Assembly: GCF_004010195.1 (NCBI RefSeq)
Contig: NC_057756.1
Coordinates: 9,334,585 to 9,370,980 of the forward strand
Direction: 5' to 3'
Length of the DNA stretch: 36,396 nt
From: Chiloscyllium plagiosum
Taxonomy: Eukaryota
The stretch's first letter is position 1. Every line of letters starts with the position of its first letter. Below, in pieces: positions 1-11,262 of the stretch. The notes under the pieces were generated by a model. The model was not told the origin of the DNA, ran no database searches, and worked only from the letters and a program-made list of their open reading frames with translations. Both the position numbers and the translations under genes were made by a program.

Positions 1-49
1 CTCCCCCTCTCCCCCTCTCCCTGACTCTCTCTCTCTCTGTCCCTCACAG

Positions 50-217
50 GATGAGTTATAACAGTCTGTCGGACGCGGTTGCTGAGGAGTTGGTCTCTGC
101 TCTGTGTGTGAACCGGACGATCCAATTCCTGCAGCTGACCGGGAATTATTTCACCGACCAGTCAGTGTCCACCTTCATCCACCTGATTCTGACCTGCCAA
201 CGCCTACAAAAACTCTG
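50..217 (+). CDS. Internal coding exon with two ribonuclease-inhibitor-type LRRs, typical of an NLR (NACHT-LRR, NLRP/NLRC3-like) gene
   Basis: Polypyrimidine tract and cacag acceptor (AG 48-49), tg|gtgag donor (GT 218-219). 168 nt, phase 2-2, open frame MSYNSLSDAVAEELVSALCVNRTIQFLQLTGNYFTDQSVSTFIHLILTCQRLQKL(W), which is 2 x 28-aa LxxLxLxxNxL/F repeats. Missed by the ORF track. Confidence 0.88.
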
Positions 218-608
218 GTGAGTTTCCGTCTGCTACAGCCCCCTCCCTTAGTCCCTCCAGCCCCTACACCCCCTCCCTGTCTCTGTAACCCCCTCCAGCC
301 CCTACGCGCCCTCTCTATCTCTGCACACCTTCACCTTCCTGATGTTCCAAGCTGTGGGATTCTTTTCTGAAATGTCTCCACCTCTCTGGCCTGCCCTAAA
401 ATGTCTCTTAACGCTGATCCAGTTTGACAGGTCTTTGGATCATGTTTACCCGATATCTCACATGAAAAGTAACATTAAACTGCAAACACAAAATTCGAAG
501 CTTCCAAGTTATGTCAACACAAAGCTGATTTCAAATATTATCAAACGGTTTAATTATCGGACATATAAAGATTTTGTTGAGCTGAAACAGATGGGGTAAA
601 TTACAAGG

Positions 609-821
609 AGAAAGTGAGGTCTGCAGATGCTGGAGGTCAGAGATGGAAATGTGTTGCTGGAAAAGCGCAGCAGGTCAGGTAGCATCTAGGGAACAGGAGA
701 ATCGACGTTTCGGGCATTAGCCCTTCTTCCTGAAGAAGGGCTAATGCCCGAAAAGTCGATTCTCCTGTTCCCTAGATGCTGCCTGACCTGCTGCGCTTTT
801 CCAGCAACACATTTCCATCTC
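609..821. mobile_element. Short fold-back Penelope-like element terminus (family A) with TSD
   Basis: Arms 640-729 and 732-821 are near-perfect reverse complements. Flanked by ggggtaaattacaagg (593-608) and ggggcaaattacaagg (822-837). The same terminal sequence is attached to GIY-YIG coding DNA at 4283-5457. Confidence 0.85.
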
Positions 822-1387
822 GGGGCAAATTACAAGGCTTGCATTCACTGTAGATTAGAACAGCATCACCTAACCGCTGTGGATGACAAAACAGTCTGCA
901 CAGAGTAAAACCAACAAAATTCGCAGTCATCTCGTTACTGTGATGTAGAATGTGTAATCTCCACATCGTATAATCTGCTTTAGATTTTGAAGTGGTGGCT
1001 AGTGAGTTTTCTGTCTGTGTGAAGAGGTTTGATCATTAACTTGTTGGGAGTTACGTAACCATTGTGATGAATTTTAACAAATAAAAGGTAAGAGTTAGTT
1101 AGTTTTTGGAGGCTAGCGGGGTTTTGCTTACATTGGAAGGGTTTCACAGGTGAACAGAATGAACGGTGATGTGCATTAGGCTTCAGTTAGAAGAATCTGG
1201 AATTGTTTTTGCCTTGAGGGTGGGGAAACATAGCTTAAATAAAGCTTTTTTGGGTCGGGGAATTAAGCAGAATTCCTGAGCAGAGCTGGATGTGAAAACC
1301 TCTGCTAAGTAAGGGAGATAATTTAGGAATGTTAAGAAATAGTTCACTTCATTCTAAAAAGGTTATTTTTACAGTTCCACACCAGAA

Positions 1388-2976
1388 GTCATAGAGTCAG
1401 AGACGTACAGCACGGAAACAGACCCTCCGGTCCAACCCGTCCATGCCGACCCAGATATCCCAACCCAATCTAGTCCCACCTGCCAGCACCCGGCCCATAT
1501 CCCTCCAAACCCTTCCTATTCATATACCCATCCAGATGCCTTTTAAATGTTGCAATTGTACCAGCCTCCACCACTTCCTCCCATACACGTACCACCTTCT
1601 GTGTGAAAAAGTTGCCTCTTTTATATCTTTCCCCTCTCACCCTAAACCTATGACCTCTAGTTCTGGACTCCCTGACCCCAGGGAAAACACTGTCTATTTA
1701 TCCTATCCATGCCCTCACAATTTTATAAACCTCTATAAGGTCACCCCTCAGCCTCCGACGCTCCAGGGAAAAGAGCCCCAGCCAGTTCAGCCTCTCCCTG
1801 TTGCTCAGACCCTCCAACCCTGGCAACATCCTCGTAAATCTTTTCTGAACCCTTTCAGGTTTCACGACATCTTTCCGATAGGAAGGAGACCAGAATTGCT
1901 CACAATATTCCAACAGTGGTCTCACCAACGTCCTGTACAGCCGCAACATGACCTCCCAACTCCTGTACTCAATACTTTGACCAATAAAAGAAAGCATACC
2001 AAATGCCTCCTTCACTATCCTATCTACCTGCGACTCCACTTTCAAGGAGCTATGAACCTGCACTCCAAGGTCTCTTTGTTCAGCAACACTCCCAAGGACC
2101 TTACCATTAAGTGTATAAGTCCTGCTAAGATTTGCTTTNNNNNNNNNNNNNNNNNNNNNNNNNNNNNNNNNNNNNNNNNNNNNNNNNNNNNNNNNNNNNN
2201 NNNNNNNNNNNNNNNNNNNNNNNNNNNNNNNNNNNNNNNNNNNNNNNNNNNNNNNNNNNNNNNNNNNNNNNNNNNNNNNNNNNNNNNNNNNNNNNNNNNN
2301 NNNNNNNNNNNNNNNNNNNNNNNNNNNNNNNNNNNNNNNNNNNNNNNNNNNNNNNNNNNNNNNNNNNNNNNNNNNNNNNNNNNNNNNNNNNNNNNNNNNN
2401 NNNNNNNNNNNNNNNNNNNNNNNNNNNNNNNNNNNNNNNNNNNNNNNNNNNNNNNNNNNNNNNNNNNNNNNNNNNNNNNNNNNNNNNNNNNNNNNNNNNN
2501 NNNNNNNNNNNNNNNNNNNNNNNNNNNNNNNNNNNNNNNNNNNNNNNNNNNNNNNNNNNNNNNNNNNNNNNNNNNNNNNNNNNNNNNNNNATCAGGTCCT
2601 GTGGATTTATCCACCTTTAACCGTTTTAAGACATCCAGCACTTCCTCCTCTGTAATCTGGTCATTTTGCAAGATGTCACCATCTATTTCCCTACAGTCTA
2701 TTTCTTCCATATCCTTTTCCACAGTAACTACTGATGCAAAATATTCATTTAGTATCTCCCCCATTTTCTGTGGCTCCACACAAAGGCCGCCTTGCTGATC
2801 TTTGAGGGGCCCTATTCTCTCCCTAGTTACCCTTTTGTCCTTAATATATTTGTAAAACCCCTTTGGATTCTCCTTAATTCTATTTGCCAAAGCTATCTCA
2901 TGTCCCCGTTTTGCCCTCCTGATTTCCCTCTTAAGTATACTCCTACTTTCTTTATACTCTTCTCAGGATTCACTCG
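1388..2976 (-). mobile_element. CR1 LINE, 5'-truncated, gap inside
   Basis: Minus-strand ORF2 remnants (IKENPKGFYKYIK, DKSTGPD, LYRTLVRPLLEYC, LERRRLRGDLIEVYK), 3' UTR, and short tail near 1388. Confidence 0.92.
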
Positions 2977-4282
2977 TGTTTGGTTAAAACCCCAAATGGG
3001 TCACTTGAAGCTAAGAAAGTCTAAGCTCATTAGTTTAAAGATTCAAAAAAAAAAAGAGGCTATCAGATTGTCAAGGGAGAGAAGTGAAATTTAAACTAAG
3101 CACTACAGACACGGTAGAGAGAGGGATTCTTTCTGGTGTGAGTAACATTAAGAATGCTGCTGGAATTAATGGATTTATACTTTACCAAGTGTTTCAAAAT
3201 CTTAAAACTTGTGTTATATGTAAATTGTTTCGTCTATTCCAGTTTGTCTTGATACTATTTGAGTAAACAGGCTGTTTCATTGTTAAACATCTCTATGACT
3301 CTCAATGCTTTAATGTGACATGCTAACTTTAGTATCATGCCACATCAGGCCAATGATAATTTTTAAAATTCGTTCTTGCTAGTTAGACCAACATTTATTG
3401 CTCATCCCCAATTACTCAGTGGGCAGTTAAGAGTCAACCCCATTGATATGGGGCTAGAATCACATGTAGGCAAAGCCAGGCAAGGATGGCAATTTCCTTC
3501 CCTAAAGGACATTATTGATGTAGGTTTGCTCGTTGAGCTGGAAGGTTCATATTCAGACGTTTCGTCACCACACTAGGTATCATCAGTGAGCACTAGATAT
3601 CACTGGTGGCATAGTCCGCTTACTATTTATGCGTTTAGGTTTCCTCAGATTTGTGACATCATTTCCTGTTCTTTTTCTCAGGGGGTGGTAAATGGGATCC
3701 AAGTCAATTTGTTTGTTGATAGACTTCTGGTTGGAATGCCACGCTTTTGGGAATTCTCGTGCATGTCTCTGTTTGGCTAGTCCTTGGATGGGTGTGTTGT
3801 CCCAGTCGAAGTGGTGCCCTTCCCCATCCGTATGTGAGGATACGAGTGAGAGAGGGTCATATCTTTTTTCTGGCTGGTTGATGTTCATGTATCCTGATGG
3901 CTAGTTTGCTGCCTGTTTGTCCAACGTAGTGTTTGTTACAGTTCTTGCAAGGTTTTTTTTGGCTGCTGTTTTCGTGTTGTTGGTGGGTTTGTGAGCTACC
4001 ATGATGCCAAGGGATCTGAGTACCCAATGAACACAGTCTGCCGATTTCTCAGCAACAAACCCAAATAAGCAGACAAAACAACCCAGAAACCCTATCCACT
4101 CTCCCCTACATCAAAGGCATCTTGGAAATGACTGTCAGACTACTCACACCAGATAAGGAAGGACACCACTTTGACTGGGACAACACACCCATCCTAGGAC
4201 AAGCCAAACTGAGACACGCACGAGAATTCCTAGAAGCATGGCACTCCAACTGAAACTCTATCAACAAACACATTGACTTGGA

Positions 4283-5457
4283 GAAAGTGAGGACTGCAGA
4301 TGCTGGAGATTAGAGTCGAGAATGTGTTGCTAGGAAAGCACAGCAGGTCAGGCAGCATCCGAGGAGCAGGAGAATCAACATTTCAGGCATAAGCCCTTCA
4401 TCATGAATGAAGCTTGTGGGCCAGATGCTGAGCGATAAAAGGGAGGGGGGTGGGGTTAGGGCAAAGGTAGCTGAGAAAGTGATAGGTGGATGAAGATGAG
4501 GGAGAAGGTGAAGGTCAGAGGGGGTAGTGATGGACAGGTCAGGAGGGCGGTGCCGAATTGGAGGCTTGGGACTGGGATAATGTGGGAGGAGGGGAAATGA
4601 GGAAGCTGTTAAAATCCACATTTATCCCGTGTGGTTCCGGGGTCCCAAGGCGGAATAGGAGGCGTTCTTCCTCCAGGCATCGAGTGGTTAGGGTGTGGTG
4701 GTGGAGCAGGCCCAGGACTGCATGTCCTTGACAGAGTGGGAGGGGGAGTTAAAGTGTTCAGCTACAAGGTGGTGGGGTTGGGGGGTGCGGGTATCCCAGA
4801 GGTGTTCTCTGAAACAATCCGCAAGAAGGCGTCCTGTCTCCTGATGTACAGGAGACCACACTAGGTGCAACAGTAGATGACATTGGTGGAGGTACAGGTA
4901 AATTCCTGATGGATGTGAAAAGATCCCTTGGGGCTTTGGACAGAGGGGAGGGGAGTTCCTCCACGGTTCCCTCATCAGGTCCACGTCCCCCGCCAGCCAA
5001 CAAGCCACTCCTGGACCTTTCCCTGCGCCCACACATTCTCCTCACCTCCATCCAAGGCCCCAAGGGACATCCGTCAGAAATTTACCTGTACCTCGACCAA
5101 TGTCATCTACTGTATCCGTTGCACCCGATGTGGTCTCCTCTACATCGGGGAGACAGGACGTCTCCTTGCAGATCGTTTCAGAGAATATCTCTGGGATACC
5201 TGCACCCACCGCCCTGTGGCTGAACACTTCAACTCCCCCTCCCACTCCGTCAAGGACATGCAGGTTCTGGGCCTCCTCCACTGACAAACCGTTACCACCC
5301 AACGCTTGAAGGAGGAATGCCTCATATTCCACCTTGGGACCCTGCAACCACACGGGATTAATGTGGATTTCAACAGCTTCCTCATTTCCCTTCCACCCCC
5401 CCCCCCCAACATTATCCAATTCGAAGTCTCCAACTCTGCACCACCACCACACTCTCG
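4283..5457. mobile_element. Penelope-like element family A (Neptune-like) with inverted duplicated GIY-YIG endonuclease fragments
   Basis: Plus strand about 5078-5330 encodes FTCTSTNVIYCIRCTRCGLLYIGETGRLLADRFREYL...PVAEHFN. Degenerate minus copy about 4690-4915. Exact 13-bp TSD acattgacttgga at 4270-4282 and 5458-5470. Confidence 0.92.
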
Positions 5458-5580
5458 ACATTGACTTGGATTCCATTTACCACCCCAGAGAAAAAGAATA
5501 GGAAATGACATCACCATCCCAAGGAAGCCTCAAAACATAAATAGAAAGCGGGCCATACCATCAGTGCTTCATCCAGAGAC

Positions 5581-5620
5581 TCACTGATGATGTTACCTAG
5601 TATGGTGACGAAACATCTGA
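5581..5620 (+). ncRNA. Minimal type-I hammerhead ribozyme motif in PLE family B terminus
   Basis: tca-CTGATGA-t-gttacc(tagtat)ggtgac-GAAA-c-ATC-tga: 3-bp stem I and 6-bp stem II. The inverted sister copy at 3553-3589 (-) keeps GAAAcGTC but has a 3-nt deletion in stem II. Confidence 0.7.
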
Positions 5621-5924
5621 AAACGAATGTTCCAGCTCAGCGGCCAAACCTACATCCAGAACCTCAGCCTGAGCTACAAATCTTCTCAAAACTCATTGAC
5701 ATTAATGAGCCAGATGTTTTTTTTCGACAATGGATTCACGGTCATTATTAAATTCTTAATTCCAGGTATTTACTGAATTCAAATTCCACCATCTGTTATG
5801 GCAGGACTAGAAACCAGATCCGCAGAACGTTATCAACGTCACTGGATTAATAGTCCAACAATAATATCAGTAGGCCATCAACTCCCGAAATGAATTCTAA
5901 ATTTCAATATTAAATAAAGATCAT

Positions 5925-6430
5925 GTATTACAGAGCACCCTTCACCACTGCAATGCTGCAAGCCTATTGGCCAATAAGAGATGTTTTTGGACATATGGTC
6001 ACTGCTGTAATGAAGAGATTCAATCAGTTAATTTCCATACAGCAAGATGCCACAAACAACACAGATCATCTCCTTCCTCAAGGACTTGGGCAGAGATATT
6101 GGCCCCAGGACACTGGCAATAAAACTCTGGTGACGTTATGTTTAATGCTCCTATGTCATTCGCTTTTCGAATGTCACCTTCAGAGAAATATCACCTGAAC
6201 TTAAAACGGACATAGATTCAATTCTATTCATCTCAGAGCAGACAGGGTCTCCATTTAGCTACTAACCTGACAGATGATACAATGGTGCGGCGCTCCCTCA
6301 GCACTGACCCTCCGACAGTGCAGCGCTCCCTCAACGCTGACCCTCCGACAGTGCCCACTCCCTCAGCACTGACCCTCCGACCGTGCGGCACTCCCTCAGC
6401 ACTGACCCTCCGACAGTGTGGCACTGCCAA
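5925..6430 (-). mobile_element. Old Deu-domain-type SINE remnant ending in a 33-bp tandem array (6283-6426)
   Basis: Recalled similarity to the SacSINE1/AmnSINE Deu domain (cacagcaagat.ccacaaaca, ttggcc.aggacac, gcagac.ggg.ctc). About 4 copies of acagtgcggcactccctcagcactgaccctccg. Confidence 0.6.
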
Positions 6431-6549
6431 TGTGAAGTGCCATTCAGCCTAACACATGAATACTAACCCCATATGGGATAATGCTTTCTTTCAACCTGCG
6501 GGCAGTGCCGTCTCCCCAAGAACGTGGCCAATTAACCAGCTTGGCGTTG

Positions 6550-7430
6550 GAACGATGCCAACAAAGAGAAATATCGCTGGCCACGATCTAGTCGGTTGAC
6601 CGCCCTCCCAGCGCCAATACCACCTGAATTGCGTCCGGGGCACACATTAGTCCCGAGGCGACGATCGAAGGGGGAAACGATAGTGGAGCCACCCAAAAGC
6701 CGCCCCAAAGGTCAAAGACTGGCCTCCAAAACATTGACCGAAGATGCCAATGTGGGGGCTGCTGGGTAATGGAGGGAGGGCGCGCTCACCACATCTTCAC
6801 TGCTGCACGATACCACATGTTGGAGCTTGATCTCGGGCATCCTGGAAACAGAGGCAGGTAGAGGGGCGAAGAAATGGCAATAGGAAGATCTTATGGAGTT
6901 TGTTTGGCCGAGAAAGTCAAGCAAAAAAAAATTCTCAGGATCGCGGCTGAAACCCCTCGGGGGTGAGAGAGGGCGATATTTTAAGGGGGGTTCTCCTCAT
7001 GGATAGCCGCGAAAACAGCAGAAACTTCCTTTAAGAAGGGTTTGAAAAGTTGGGCTTCTCCTCCATGTTTTCATCTTCCTCCGGGGGGGGGGGGGGGGCG
7101 GGAGCGCGCGCTCCGCCTCCACTTCCGGGTCACGCTCCCCTCAACGGACAAAAACATCATTTCAAAATTAAATTGCACTTAAAACCGTCATCCCGCTCCC
7201 TGTTCACTCACAGGACGTCCGCATTGACACCTGAGGATTTTTATTTTTATTGTTTTATTTTCCTCCTCCCCCCCCTCACGATTTGGCGGTTTGCCGCTTG
7301 CGGTGGCGCCAGGATGTCAAAGGTCAGTGGTCAGCGCCACGCCCCCCCCGTGTGTGACCGGGACGGCCGCCGCCATCTTTGAGGCTGGCACAGCGTCCAG
7401 TGTGGGCCAAGGGGGAGGTGTCACGTGGCC
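6550..7430 (-). promoter_or_regulatory. CpG-island promoter / 5' region of XRCC1
   Basis: Only markedly CpG-rich non-repeat stretch of this length in the window. E2F-type gccgcgaaaa (7006-7015), ETS/GABP cacttccgg (7120-7128), GC box ggggcggga (about 7095-7103), YY1 cgccatcttt (7371-7380), E-box gtcacgtg (7420-7427). Confidence 0.8.
6790..6840 (-). CDS. XRCC1: First coding exon of DNA repair scaffold protein XRCC1
   Basis: ATG...GTG|gtgag encodes MPEIKLQHVVSCSSEDV (17 codons, phase 0), matching the human XRCC1 N-terminus MPEIRLRHVVSCSSQDS as recalled. Donor GT at 6789-6788. Lies in a CpG island. Confidence 0.92.
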
Positions 7431-8056
7431 ATTTGTGTTGGGAATGGGTCTTGGGGGAGATGGAAATGGGGAACATTGGGGGGAGGAGTGGGAAGGGGAG
7501 GAGGTGGGACGGGGGAGNNNNNNNNNNNNNNNNNNNNNNNNNNNNNNNNNNNNNNNNNNNNNNNNNNNNNNNNNNNNNNNNNNNNNNNNNNNNNNNNNNN
7601 NNNNNNNNNNNNNNNNNNNNNNNNNNNNNNNNNNNNNNNNNNNNNNNNNNNNNNNNNNNNNNNNNNNNNNNNNNNNNNNNNNNNNNNNNNNNNNNNNNNN
7701 NNNNNNNNNNNNNNNNNNNNNNNNNNNNNNNNNNNNNNNNNNNNNNNNNNNNNNNNNNNNNNNNNNNNNNNNNNNNNNNNNNNNNNNNNNNNNNNNNNNN
7801 NNNNNNNNNNNNNNNNNNNNNNNNNNNNNNNNNNNNNNNNNNNNNNNNNNNNNNNNNNNNNNNNNNNNNNNNNNNNNNNNNNNNNNNNNNNNNNNNNNNN
7901 NNNNNNNNNNNNNNNNNNNNNNNNNNNNNNNNNNNNNNNNNNNNNNNNNNNNNNNNNNNNNNNNNNNNNNNNNNNNNNNNNNNNNNNNNNNNNNNNNNNN
8001 NNNNNNNNNNNNNNNNNNNNNNNNNNNNNNNNNNNNNNNNNNNNNNNNNNNNNNNN

Positions 8057-8590
8057 GGATGGGTATATGAATAGGAAGGGTTTGGAGGGATATGGGCCGG
8101 GTGCTGGCAGATGGGACTAGATTGAGTTGGGATATCTGGTCAGCATGGACGGGTTGGACCGAAGGTTCTGTTTCCGTGCTGTACATCTCTATAACTATGA
8201 CTCTTAATTCTACTAAGATTTGCTTTCCCAAAATGCAGCACCTTACATTTATCTCAATTAACCTCCATCTGCCACTTCTCAGCCCATTGGCCCAGATGGT
8301 CAAGATCCCGTTGTAATCTGAGGTAACCTTCTTCACTGTCCACTACACCTCCAATTTTGGTGTCATCTGCAAACTTATCTGTAACCATAACCCCTATGTT
8401 CACCCCCTACATAAATGATGAAAAGTAGAGGGCCCAGCACCGATCCTTGTGGCACTCCACTGGTCACAGGCCTCCAGTCTGAAAAACAACCCTCCACCAC
8501 CACCCTCTGTCTTCTACCTTCGAGCCAGCTCTGTATCCAAATGGCTTGTTCTCCCTGTATTCCACGTGGTCTAATTTTGCTAACCAGCGA
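8057..8590. mobile_element. Two CR1 fragments: plus-strand 3' UTR (8057-8205) abutting a minus-strand RT fragment (8206-8590)
   Basis: The 3' UTR is the same family as 1388-1560. The minus strand encodes [22 protein letters not shown]. Confidence 0.85.
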
Positions 8591-8738
8591 CTGAGAGGAA
8601 GTGAGGACTGCAGATGCTGGAGAGTCAGAGTTGAAAAGTATGGATCTGGAACAGGGCTTTTGCCCGAAATGTCGATTCTCCTGCTCCTTGGATGCTGCCT
8701 GACCTGCTGTGCTTTCCCAGCGCCACACTTTTCGAAAC
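8590..8738. mobile_element. Short inverted PLE family A terminus
   Basis: gaagtgaggactgcagatgctgg head followed by the opposite-orientation terminus. ttgctaacca is repeated at 8577-8586 and 8739-8748. Confidence 0.75.
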
Positions 8739-10067
8739 TTGCTAACCATGAGGAGCATTTTGGTTGGTTTTGATAATGTTAATTTACAAAGGATTCCTTT
8801 CCTTGCTCCCTGACCTATATCTATTTTTCTTTTAGATAGGAGCCAATTTTAATAGGCTTTCTCGACTTCATGAAGGAGTGAGTTATTTTCGTTGCTAAAC
8901 ATGAGAGGAATTAATAACACCACACACGCAGAACAGAAATAAGAATTAAATCCAAAAAAACCGTATGAGTGAACGGTTGTATGAATAGGAGGGGTTGACA
9001 TGAATATGGGCCAAGTGCTGGTAAATGGGACTAGATTTATATAGGATATCTGGTCAGCTTGGATGAGTTGGACCAAAGGATGAGTTTGTTTCCATGCTCA
9101 ATGACTCCGTCAGCAGAAAAATGTACACCTCCTGTCTCTGTACCTTTTGTAAAGAGATTATTGAACACTGTGGCCATTACATTGGCTGCTATATGCAGAA
9201 TGAACATTGATCACTGAGCAGGCAATTTTGAGTTTCTTGGTTTTGCAGTTTGTTGTAATTTATCTTTATTCCTTACGACAGTTGCTTGTGTTCAGAGTAA
9301 AGGGTTTTATTTCCCCTTTACCTACAATGCAGGGGTGTTTAATACTGTGTTCAAACTTGATCATCACAGCACGTATCCACACACTCTGATACGTCGGGCA
9401 ACCAGACGAGAGATTCTATTTGGATTTTCAGTCCTTTCTTATTTTTACTCCTGGAAAGGTAAGACATGGTTCCTGCTGAGAGCAGCATGTTGCATAAGCA
9501 GTCCCATGGCATCTCATCCTTTGAAGTCTCTCTCTTTAAAGTTTCCTTGATTCTGCCGTGGGTCCACTCAGGATTCTGCCACTGAATTTATATCACAGTC
9601 ATCTTTGGAGAGACAGGTTAGAAGTACAAGTACTGTATTTTTATCAGTACTTTGGGTTCTGATCCACCATCCTGACACCAACAAATCCTCAGCCTAAGAA
9701 CGAGCATCTCCATGGGGCAGCTGCTAAAACAGGTCTTCGTTTCAAAAATAGAATTCAAAAACGCCAAAAGGAACTCGCTCCTTCACATCCTCATTGTTTT
9801 ACTCCTGTCCTCTCTCTGTCTCTTCCAATTCTTACACATTCCTTTCTCTGTCTCTACCTCAATCTGTCTCTCTATCTCACTCCCTCTATCTCTGTCTNNN
9901 NNNNNNNNNNNNNNNNNNNNNNNNNNNNNNNNNNNNNNNNNNNNNNNNNNNNNNNNNNNNNNNNNNNNNNNNNNNNNNNNNNNNNNNNNNNNNNNNNNNN
10001 NNNNNNNNNNNNNNNNNNNNNNNNNNNNNNNNNNNNNNNNNNNNNNNNNNNNNNNNNNNNNNNNNNN

Positions 10068-10211
10068 AGGTGAATTGGCCATGCTAAATTGCCCGTAGTG
10101 TTAGGTAAGGGGTAAATGTAGGGGTATGGGTGGGTTGCGCTTCGGCGGGTCGGTGTGGACTTGTTGGGCCAAAGGCCCTGTTTCCACACTGTAAGTAATC
10201 TAATCTAATCT
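10068..10211 (+). mobile_element. 3' part of shark HE1-type V-SINE
   Basis: V-domain-like ggtgaattggccatgctaaattgccc, CR1-derived tail and (taatc)n end. Confidence 0.75.
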
Positions 10212-10530
10212 ACCTTCCTCTCTCTCTGACTGCCTGACACTCACTCTCTCTCTGTCTTCCTGTCTCCCTCTGTTTCTCTCTCTTTCTGTCTCTTGTTCTC
10301 TCCTTGCATGCCTCCCTCTCTCTTTCTCTCTCCCTGCTCGCCACTATTTCCCTTAATTCTCTCTGTGCGTGCCTTTCGGTCACTGTCTCTCATTCACTAC
10401 CTTCCTGCCACACTCCCTCTTTAACTGCTGGTCTCTCTCTCTCTTATCCCTCTCTCTCTCACCGTCTCTCTCTCACTGTCTCTCTCTCTCCCCCCCTCTC
10501 TCTCTCTCACCGTCTCTCTGTCTCTCTCTG
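10212..10530. repeat. CT-rich low-complexity tract (also 9805-9897)
   Basis: Degenerate (CT)n. Confidence 0.9.
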
Positions 10531-11262
10531 GCCCGACTGCCTCCACCTCTGTCTCCTGGTCCAGTCTGAGGTTGCCATCCGCAGTTCTCCAGATGACCCG
10601 AAGTTGTGGAGCCTGGAGCCTGATCCCTGGGAGAATTGAGGTCACTCCCTGTGGGGCACACTCTCTGACACCAGGTAAGGGATTTCCCTTCCAAATTGGT
10701 GTGATTTTTTTCACTGATGCACATCAAACTTTGTTTAAACAAAGGGATTTGCAATTTATGCTGTGCCTTTCACAACATGAAGATACCAACTGTGCGATAT
10801 TTTAAGATAAAAACAGACCTGGGAGGGGAAAGCTCCTTCTGTAGGATCAGCTGCCAGCCACCAGGTGGTAGTGTCGCTCCACGAAGAGGTGAGGGGCAGC
10901 TCATACCAAGATGGAACAATGCTGCTATCTACTGGGCAATATCAGACATTACAGAGGTCTGTGCATTTGACAGGACCAACATTAAATTCACTTTGTATTT
11001 GACCTTTCACAGGTTCAGGATATAAAAGTTATGAACTTTTGAAGAGGTGCGTTGTAGAAAATTTGAGAGTGAATATTCGCACACAAGATCCCACTACCAG
11101 CGACGTGAAGACAGCCCAGATAGTTTCATTTTCCTGACATTGGACAAAGGATTAATCTTAAACCCAGGACACTGACAGAATATCCCACACTGTTCACGAT
11201 CTGCTTCCACATTGGGGCACGTTCAACCGTCAATCAACCTTCGTTTAATACATCAGCATCTC

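Larger units (their letters stand above)
3519..5697. mobile_element. Penelope-like element family B (Poseidon-like), 3' portion in inverted duplication
   Basis: Minus copy about 3519-4020 and plus copy about 4021-5697 both encode the endonuclease C-terminus (HHFDWDNTPI.G.AK.RHAREF..AWHS). 11-bp TSD at 3508-3518 and 5698-5708 with 1 mismatch. Confidence 0.85.
3395..5887 (-). mobile_element. tRNA-derived SINE split by nested PLE insertions (pieces about 3395-3518 and 5698-5887)
   Basis: Collinear with the second copy at about 28495-28966. A-box-like tggcctactga at the right end (minus strand). The two halves rejoin at TSD gacattattga/gacattaatga. Confidence 0.75.

Noticed and set aside
698..731. 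Second hammerhead on the minus arm of the fold-back
   Set aside because: The core is truncated by the inversion (GGAAGA instead of CTGAAGA).
1060..3350. Possible old LTR split by the CR1
   Set aside because: The composition is suggestive, but I could not identify termini or a TSD.
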